DNA of 64,000 nt from NCBI GenBank assembly GCA_973851085.1, contig OZ316775.1, positions 13,330,001 to 13,394,000 on the forward strand, in the 5' to 3' direction. Positions 54,474 to 64,000 of the stretch are shown piece by piece. The number at the start of each line of letters is the position of its first letter. Position 1 is the first letter of the stretch. The position numbers and the translations under genes were made by a program. The notes beneath the pieces are model-generated. The model was given only the letters and a program-made list of their open reading frames with translations, had not been told where the DNA came from and searched no databases. This stretch comes from Ptychomitrium polyphyllum (Eukaryota).

Positions 54474-56949
54474 GAGAACAAACAACCATAATTTTTATTA
54501 AAACTAGAAGTTAGTGTTAGGAAAAAAAACTCTTATGTTTACAATCTTAATACAAGATTTTATTTTTAAAATTAAAATTTTCATTATCAAATGAATTTTA
54601 TTATCTTTATACTGAAGAAAGTCTTACTTCTATTTAAAACTATATTAACCAAAACTCAATCAAGAGTCTCACTCTTGGTTTAATGTATTTATTAGGAAGA
54701 AGTACATTACATGGATGAAAAATAAACAGATACATGATCAATGAATAGTAGAGAGTGTATTTTAGTTTAGCAATTTTATGCAAAAATGTACATACATACA
54801 CACATTCATACATATGCATACTAAAACCCGTGCTTGTGGAAACCGTCAATATTGATAAAACCATATTAAATTTCCTTACATTTTCTTCTTATTTTGAATT
54901 TATTGATTGATAGTTATCCAAAATTCTTATAATCCGGACCAAATAATACTTAACACTGATATGCAGTACCTTTAGTAACTAATGGTTTATCCAGCTTTTT
55001 ATTATGTATATTTACAAATAATATAAGAAGTCATTAATAGTTGTTAAAGCCAATATGAATTCTCACTTACGCTCTTTACGAATTATAAAAATAATTCATG
55101 AACAGTTTTGACAATAGAACTGCACTTTTGAATGATGAAGTTATCCTCTCAGAAGTTGGTGTATTGTGGGGTATATTAGAAAGTTATATGAACCAGTGTA
55201 GATGTTGTTGAATGAACTCTTTATCTCTCATCCAACCACTTTTGGACATATACCATATCTTGTGCTATTATATGCATGCTACAATCAAATCATAGGTGTT
55301 TCTGCAAAAAATATCAATACATTTTGTATGTACTCTTCTCTACATCTATGGTAGGGTGACCAAAGGGTCAGGACTTAAAAGATTCCTGACTAATTTGATA
55401 ACCCCTACCTTACATGGTCAAAACACTTGATTCATGATTCAAAGCCAAAAGTAACAGCATTTCCTTGCAAAGCCCATCTCAGGTTTACTCAGATAGAAAG
55501 GTTGTATGCAGGATGCAGAGGAAGAGAGGTGTGAAAAGAACAGAAAATGCACAAAGGGTGTGACCAATTTATATCATTTCCCATTTCAGATCAAAGTAGT
55601 CTACATGGGTGTGGGAAAGGTTTAAAGAAGAAATTATAAACATTGCTGAAATATGTTTTGAACTGAAGCTTAACTTATTCTTTTATTGTTTAAATTGAAG
55701 TGTTTTCTCATATCAAATGTTTTTCTTAACAGTGGGTTTCATACCAGAGTGTTGAAGTCTATTCAACAAGTTTGTTGAATGGAGATTAATACCTCGTAAT
55801 ACGTATTTGTGTTAAAAGTAATTTTGAGTTTGAAAATTCATGTCAAATAGATACAAATTCTTGTTCATAGAGATAAATCTTTGCAAGAAATATTAGTTGT
55901 TCTTTTCTTATATCCTTTTTTAGCAAACCTACTTGTCACCTTAGAATAAAAGATTTAAGTCTTAAGATTTTCAATTTTGAATATTCATAATTCATTCATA
56001 TATTCTCCAAATGATACATTTTAAAATACATTGAAATTAATTTCTCTCTTATGAATATGATTTAGTAAGAACAATATTAACACTAACCTTGCTCAATAAG
56101 GTGATCCACCTCAACTATTAAAGAGTGTTATGTGGGTTGTAAAATGGATTTAAAGATGTAAATATTATTTTTTGTCCCATATTTCACTTTTCATTGCAAC
56201 CATAACATTCTTTTGCAATTGAAGCAACTTTGTTCTTATCTTGTAAAGTAAAAATCAATAGTAAATGATACTATCTGCCTTTCTTGATTCTAGTGAAGAT
56301 ATGTGACAATGAATGCATGATGACATGACTCTAGATTTGTGACTTGGTGCAGAAACTCCCTCAATCTCCAATTGAATTGAACAAAATCTTACTATTAAAA
56401 TTGTACCTTTGGATGATGGATTATTACCTTTACAAAAGTTGTTCAGAAGGGTCACTGTACAATGTTATGTTAGAGTGTGTAAACTGCTGAATGTGAACTG
56501 CAGACATGTGGGTTTGTCACAAATAAGAAAATGAACAGAAGCCAGTGTTTCAGACGTTCTCAAATCTATGTCATGTGCATGCTTGCCTGGTAACTCACAG
56601 TAGTACCACAAATTTCTTATTGAATTTGAATGAGCATATACTAAGAATTAATTCAGTACCCTTTGGAACAACATGGACATAGAGTATAGATGATAAAAAT
56701 GTATTTTGTATGTTTTGTGACCTTGCTTCTGCAAAAAAACCAAACCAAATAATAGGCTCTTTCATTTCCTTGTACCATGGACTTGGTAAATATGTATAGT
56801 CCAAGCTCCACATATGGATATGAGGAGCGTTTTATGATTTTGGAGGTGACCCCTGACTTCATGAGAAACCCACGTCTAGAAGGCTAGGAGGAACTAGAAA
56901 TCATAATAGTTCTACTGTGGTCTTTTTCTTCAATCACTATGTGGCTTTA

Positions 56950-57446
56950 GCTTGAAATTCAAAAGGCTGCCAGTGGAAAGATCAGTAAGGAAAGTGGCAG
57001 CAACTCTGGAAGCCAGTATGGTTTTGCTGCTGGAAAATTGTCCAACAGTTAGGTAAGTATGATAGTACTGGTGGCCTTTCGCGAACAGTTAGTCTAAAAG
57101 CTCCTTTGGATTTGTCAGGACAGCATCCAAGGACCAGCTTGAAAGGCAAGGGCGGACACTTCCACATGAGTGAATAATATGTTTAGCTTTGAATGAAAAT
57201 CATAAACAGCCAAAGAGCTCCTTCTAATACTCCTTCTCTCAGTAGGACACTGAGGGTCCTACCACCTCCTAGCAAAATGCATGCTAAGGCTTCCAATGAC
57301 ATCAATGACTTCGAATACAACACACGAGCAAACCTCCAATGACTTTGAATATAATATACACTACGTAACTTAGTGGAGCAGCAGTTGTACAAACTCTAAA
57401 CTTCACCTTGTCTTGCAAATGGCTGGGATGGAGTCTGAGGGTGAGT
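56950..57446 (+). pseudogene. Possible decayed exon(s) of an unidentified gene
   Basis: Moderate-GC, CpG-poor island with splice-like signals (TTTAG at 56950, GTAAGT at 57053, GTGAGT at 57441). Protein-like stretches are broken by stops. No homology recognised. Confidence 0.25.
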
Positions 57447-60299
57447 ATAGAGACTCTTGGTTTATTAATTTATATTAGGTCTAATTCAGGTTTGTGATAA
57501 TGCACAAAAAATAGGGTGGTTGTAAAGATTCCATCCCATTTGTGGGCCAACTACATTATCTCATTCTTGAAGTACTTACTTTCACACTACAAGTTCCAAA
57601 TGGTTATGGAAAATCTTTAAAAAAGTAGAAGTACTTTTAGGTCTTATATAATCTCCATATATCTTATATGCTTAAATACTTGTAGATCAAATAGGTTCTT
57701 CAATATATTGGTCTTTTCTAAGGTCTTCTCTCCAATCATGAAAGATGGAAATGATTTCTTGATAACCTTGTGTTTTCTTATCTAATTTTTTTCATAAAAT
57801 TTAAATGACACTTTATTCAACTTTTATATATTCATGCAATAAAACTTTCTATAAGAAAATGAAATATATAATTTATATATTTAGGATCCACATACGTATA
57901 AACATTGCACATTAGGATGTAATAATCATTTTATATTATTCAATTATCTAAATACTACTTTTTTAATTCGTTTAGTCTTCAAAAGGTAGTATGATGCATA
58001 GTGTCAATTCAATTTTGGATTTTGATATTTTGGAATGAATCCATGGAAAATCAAAAAGACGTGTTAAAATTGTAGTTTCTTTTTAAATCTTTAACTGATA
58101 AATAAATAATTAAAAAATAATAACTTGGCAATTATAGATGTTTTAATTCATGTAAATAAGCATTTAAACCAAAAAAAAAAAAAAACAAATATCTTTGCAA
58201 ATTTAAAGATTGTATATGAATTCAACTAATTGAAACCTTATATATGAGCATATGAATTTGCATTCTTGCAATTCAACCTAAATTTAAAAGAAATCATTTC
58301 TTAGCTTCACTTGCCTTAATAAAAGAAATTTAAATTTAAAGTTTTCAATTTACGCTCAAGGATTACATATAATTTGTACATATCTATCTAATTGGATTTA
58401 ACCATTGAATGTTCAAAACACTTCATAATATGAATAATTTTTTTGTAATATCCAAACGGATTTTAACAATTGATACCATACAAATATAACATTTTATAAT
58501 TAATGTTCAAACAATCTCTTTTGAAATTTACATTATTTACTTAATTCTATAATTAATCCTTTGTTAATTATGATGCCACAAGATTTTAAGTCAATCCTAA
58601 ATTAAAAGTTCACCTTAATATTGGTGTTATATGTTATAAATATAGTGTATTTCTTTATATAATGTGATTTTTATTGGCTACTATAAGCCGCCACATTTTC
58701 TAATATAAGATGAAGGTATAAATAAATGAGCATATGAAGACATTTTATTTTAAAGAAATAGAATTGATTCTATTAGTTTATTTTTATTTTACTTTTATTG
58801 ATGCAATAAGAATCTTTTCCATTTACTTCTCAAAGCATATATATACATCTATCAATACATGCAATCAAAAATATGAAATTTGTGAAAGAAATGAAGTTAA
58901 GATGATATCATATATTATATTATTATTTAGTATTTTTTTTAAATGAGGTGAAAGTAAATTAAAAAATACTGTAAGTGAATTCAAAGGAAAAAATCTCTCA
59001 AAAGACATTATACAATAATAAATCTAAAAATCTATAAATTGGACATTTATTATGAAAGTTGCAAAAAGATACGAAAATATAAAAAATGCATCGTGAAACT
59101 TTTAATTGCTTCTATTCAAGGAAATTGAATAATGTTAATTCATTGGGTGGTATTAATATGTTTTGTTATTAAAAATGAAAAGATTACCTGTATTTATTTT
59201 GTGCTTTATTTTTTTCAAATTCTAGATTATACAGTCCTATGTTAATTAAAATATTTTCATAGATAAGTGTCCATAGAATAACTTACTTTATTGTACATGT
59301 GCCTTATTCGAAATTACAAAATAATTTTATAGAATTTTATAAGACATAAATGATAAGTACAAACACAATGACTTTCCTATAATATTTTGAAAAAGTCCAA
59401 ATCATTTTTATCATAAATGAATGAATGAAGAGCAAAATGGAAAGAATACATATAATAAATGAATACATACTTCTAATTGTAAGTGAGGCATGATATCTTT
59501 TCCAAAAGAACATTTATTTCTTTTTAAAATCTCACCTATCCAAGTAGACATAATTTCACAGTTTGAATAGAACAAAGTTTGGAATAAAAATCTTATTATT
59601 TTAATGCAAATAAAGTATGGTATCAAAATTATAAATGCTTTCACAAAATCATCCTTTTAAAATGATTTGAGTTGTCAAGTACCATATAAATTCTATTATT
59701 GAACTTCCAACAATGACAATATGGACTTAAATAAAAATATTCTTATTTATATCAAAAATAATTATGAAAAAATTACAAAATGATAACTATATAAAAGACT
59801 TTGTAAGAAATTGGAACTAAAAATGCACTAAGTACATTCTAACCTTGCTAATGTAATAGTTAATTTAATAACGCTTCAATCATACATGTTTTGCATAACC
59901 AGCTTTTATCTTTCAAGATTTTTTTTATAATATAATTATGATATATCATAATACAACAAACCAAATCTTTTGTCTTGTCATATAAAAAAGTTAATGGGAT
60001 GAATTTTTATCTATTATTGAAGAAAATATGAAAAAAACTAAATTCATTTATATATATAGAAACTTATGGAACCTTTTGTAGAATCTATAGAAATCTATAA
60101 TAAGTTTTGTTTTATATAGTAAGATTTTGGTAATATCACATTTTTCTTATTTTTAAGTCCATTATATTTTTTTAAATCAACCATAATCTTTATAAAAAAC
60201 CATGACACTTAAAAAAACAAATGTGAATGTTTATACAAAAGTGTATGTAAGTATATATTTGTATGTATGCATAAATTAACAATTATTTGAATGTTTAAG

Positions 60300-61245
60300 A
60301 AACATTAAGTACAATGAAATTAAGTTTGTTGATGTTATGATATACACTTGTGAGATAGGAAGAAAATTTTGAATAACCTTTCAATTATACATAATTCAAC
60401 ATTTATTTAACTTCCAAATGTACAATGAATATATTTTGACTTACATTAAAAACTAGTTTAGATTTAAAACTATCAATAATCAAAATTTTAAATGTGACTA
60501 TTCTCAAGCCCAATAATATATTCAAAAAAATATGGATATTATTACATCTTTCATGTGATGGCATTAAATATAGGTTTATATACAATTGTAATAGTAAAAA
60601 AATAAAAAATAAAGAATAATAGAAAAAAATAAAAACAAAATATAGATGTTGAAAAAACTAAAATTAGAAAGTAAAACTAAACAATAAACAATAAGCAATA
60701 GAAAAAATAAAAGTATGAGTTAAAAATCAAAATTAAAGATATAAGAAGTAAAAATTAGTTTTATAAATTTAAACAAACAAACATGATTAGACTATAAGGT
60801 TTCATTTTTTGTTTTGTACACAAACTTGAAATGAAATGAACTCTTTTAAGTTTTAATGAATATGAATTCAAATTAGCTAATGATTTATTATTAGATTTTT
60901 TAAATTAAAAACATTATAGATACAAAGGATATAATATATATGTGAAAGATTATAAGAAGTTATAATTAGAATTTTAAGAATATGGTTGTTTTCCATATTT
61001 GATTGTTGTTAAAAATAACTTTTTAGGTTCTTATATAATACAAAAAGAAACCTTAATCTTATGAATTTCACTTTTATTTTATTGTTTTACTTTTTTTACT
61101 TTTACAATTGTACAAATGCTTGCATTAAATGCCATCACATTAAAGATGTAATAATTTCCTTACTAATTCTTAAGATGAATGTTAAATTTTTTGGATGAAT
61201 ATCATAACACAACATTAAAGATTTTTAACGTTGTACTTCAAATTT
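60300..61245. repeat. Degenerate long inverted repeat (foldback/MITE-like relic)
   Basis: 60538-60620 (ATTATTACATCTTTCATGTGATGGCATT...TACAATTGTAATAGTAAAAAAA) is the reverse complement, with mismatches, of ~61071-61155. Weaker similarity extends outward (TGTTATGATAT, AAGTACAA). Confidence 0.7.
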
Positions 61246-64000
61246 CATTTATTTAAAAGAAATTGATTATTATTCTTTCAATTTTTTATTTTATGAATTG
61301 AATGACTGCTATTAAGTGACTTGTAGCATATCATTTTAAATCAATTGAAGCAAGTCACCAGCACTTTAAAAGTAAAAAATCAACAATAAATGATAGTGAC
61401 ATCATATGGCACTTTATACATGAAAGTTATGAATTTAATTTGGCAATTTAATTCACAAATTTCACAAGTCTATATTCTCACAAAAAATGGTTTGTTTTGC
61501 ATTATTTATTAGAGAAAAATGTATTGTTTTGATTACAAGAACAATGGCAATGTTCTTGATGTTGTTACAAACTTCCTATCAATGAAGAAAGTTTTTAACA
61601 AGTTTTGAAACAATGTTAAAATTTATAAAATTACAAAGATGTCATGTTCTTCTATAAATTTATATTGTAGAGCAATTATCATAGATGAACCAAATACTTA
61701 AGGTATACTAGTCTTTAATAGAATGAAGTTTTGACAACAAAATTGTGCTTCATGAATGTTGAAATTAACACTTTGAAAGAGATATTCAAAAGGGTCATTG
61801 AAGAATGTTATGAATAAATAACATTAGCCAATTTTTTTTATTTATTTTAGATTTTTTTAATTTTAATTTATTTGATTTTTCCTTCCTCTTTCTTTGTTTC
61901 CTTTCATTTTATTTTTTCATATTTTCATTTTTTTGTTTGATTTTTTGTTGTTGTTCCCCTTCCTCCATGGTTGCACTGCAAGTGAAACACAAGTGTGCAG
62001 TTGAGTTTTTGAAGCAGAAATCGAAGAGATCATTTTCAAGACTACCATAAACAAAGTTGTAACTGCTGCATTCATCCAATTTTTTCTCAAGTTGTTTTCT
62101 TACAGGACTTCAACAGACTATCCATTTTGTACATTTATTAAATTTTCAACCCTTTACTACAGCCCAGGAGCTTTTCTGAGAAAATGTTGATTTCACAATC
62201 ACCTCTTGTTGTGGTGATACTGTGTCATTATTGGAATCAGGCCCAGAATTTTAAACAACAATATAGGTGAATATACTACATATCAATAGGAAGAAACCCA
62301 CAGGGTAGAATAATAGCATCTTGAATGTAGTTGAAGCAGACTTTCACTCTCTGTGACTCTTTATCCCTGCACTCCAATTCTCTTAATCTGCCATTACGTT
62401 GGACACAGCTTTTTCCTCCTCAAATAGGGATCTGGGTGTCAAACTAGACAACAATACCCTTGCAGTGATATAATTTGAACCACTGGAGGAATTTCAAAAG
62501 ACACTCACTACAGATTTATACAGAATAGCTTTCAACTCTATATGTGAACTTTCATGTCTTTTAAAAACACAAATATGGGGAAAGTAGCCAATTTGTTGCC
62601 TAGATCTGTGATTTTCCAAATACATTTGAAAAGTGTTTACTGATAGGCAGGAGGCACTTTAGAAAGACAAGAAATGAAGTCACATGTTGAGAGATGAACC
62701 TGTCATAAACATAGAAAAGGTTGATAACTATTCCTCTACCAACTTAACCCTTCATAATAACTCAAAAACTTGTTTTAAAACAAACTATCAGATATGTATT
62801 TAATAGTTACAAATGAGTTAACTAACTCTTGATCCTCCTTTATGGTTCAAATCCTTTTGAGTTTTCATAGATATCACATCATTACTTATTTCAGTTGTAA
62901 CATCAGTAAACAAGAACACATCACAGGTTGCAGTACATTTCACCTCACTTCTTGTAGGAGCTTAACAACTTTCACAAATTCATTCAAAATACCTTATGTG
63001 CTATGAATCATACAGTGTTCACAATGTTTTTCTTCTGACCTCTTTCTTTCTACACCAGAAGTCTACAACTGTAATTTCTTTCTTGCCACTACAAACCTAT
63101 ATGCAGTAACTCTTGATGAGAGCAACCAAAACAAAGTAGATGCTTGATTTCCTTTCTTTCCTGAAATCTTACATATTTCTTCAGTATGTAGGCTCATATA
63201 TTTGCATGTTGGTGTAACTAGAGCTTGAATGCAATGGTTTTTTTCCTTCAGAAGATGCATCTCAGCTATGTGCATTTTCATATTCAAAAAGGGATCTTCA
63301 GTTCTTCACAGAATGACAGTGTCAGTATTTGACCCAATGGGCTGTAAAGGGTTAAAACCTTGGGTAAATAATCATCATATAAATAGAGTGTCATGGCTTC
63401 TAAAATGACATAGACAATATCAACTCAGTTTTTGCAACTGCCAAATAATTACAACTTAAGACCAACTCTTCGTCAGTTTCGGTCAAATTACCCCCATGAA
63501 ATCTGTCAACTTGTAAGTTACACATATCACTCCTGAGGGAGTGGTTATTGTGGACGGGTGCAAAGCTCCTCAGTGGGCCAAACTTGAGTTTAACATATAA
63601 TAATTGACAATGTGCAGCATGCAGTTCCAATAAGGACTCACCCACTTTGAAATTGACCACATACTCACAGGTGCAGGACCTAGTATGACCATTACACATG
63701 ATTCTGAGCATGTGAAGCTCTGAACCCCATTTGTAAAAAGTAAATTAGAAGTGTCTGAGATTCTTTTGCATTGGAATCAGCAATATGCAAGTAGTACAGT
63801 AGTTGGTAGAAAACTTGATGCTCTGGAGCCCAGAGAGTATCAGCTTTGGATTAAACTCAGTATAGAAAAGAAACCTGAGTACACTAGGGTAGAAAAGAGG
63901 AATAGAATAACAACCTTGAATTGTTTGAATAATGTCAACATTGGACGTTGTACTTCAAGGCATCCTCATACTAGGGAAACTTAGGAACCAGATTCATAAT

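Noticed and set aside
35000..62000. Endogenous giant-virus or horizontally acquired region in the AT-rich right half
   Set aside because: No long ORFs or viral hallmark motifs are visible; the composition fits old methylation-decayed repeats.

Overview
Eukaryotic, land-plant nuclear DNA. The TE families and gene style suggest a moss such as Physcomitrium, but that is inference. Two genes are intact and convergent: an intronless DREB-type AP2/ERF transcription factor (15828-16628, +) and an ATP-dependent PEP carboxykinase with 12 coding exons (24161->20315, -, 658 aa by my splice model). Mobile elements are a decayed full-length Copia element (422-6698, -), two ~1.16 kb solo LTRs of one family with 5-bp TSDs (4193-5358, nested in the Copia gag, and 10434-11597), and a chromodomain-bearing Gypsy element (29400-34913, -, TSD TTATG). 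The Gypsy is the most interesting item. It has no tRNA PBS; instead a 12-nt PBS is exactly complementary to the predicted 5' end of its own transcript (Tf1-like self-priming), and its whole RT domain is deleted. There are two perfect tandem duplications (97 bp and 290 bp) at GC/AT boundaries, a candidate spliced small gene near 40.2 kb, and several hairpins. The right half is mostly very AT-rich decayed DNA with a few gene-like islands that I could not identify. I found no convincing novel multi-gene system.
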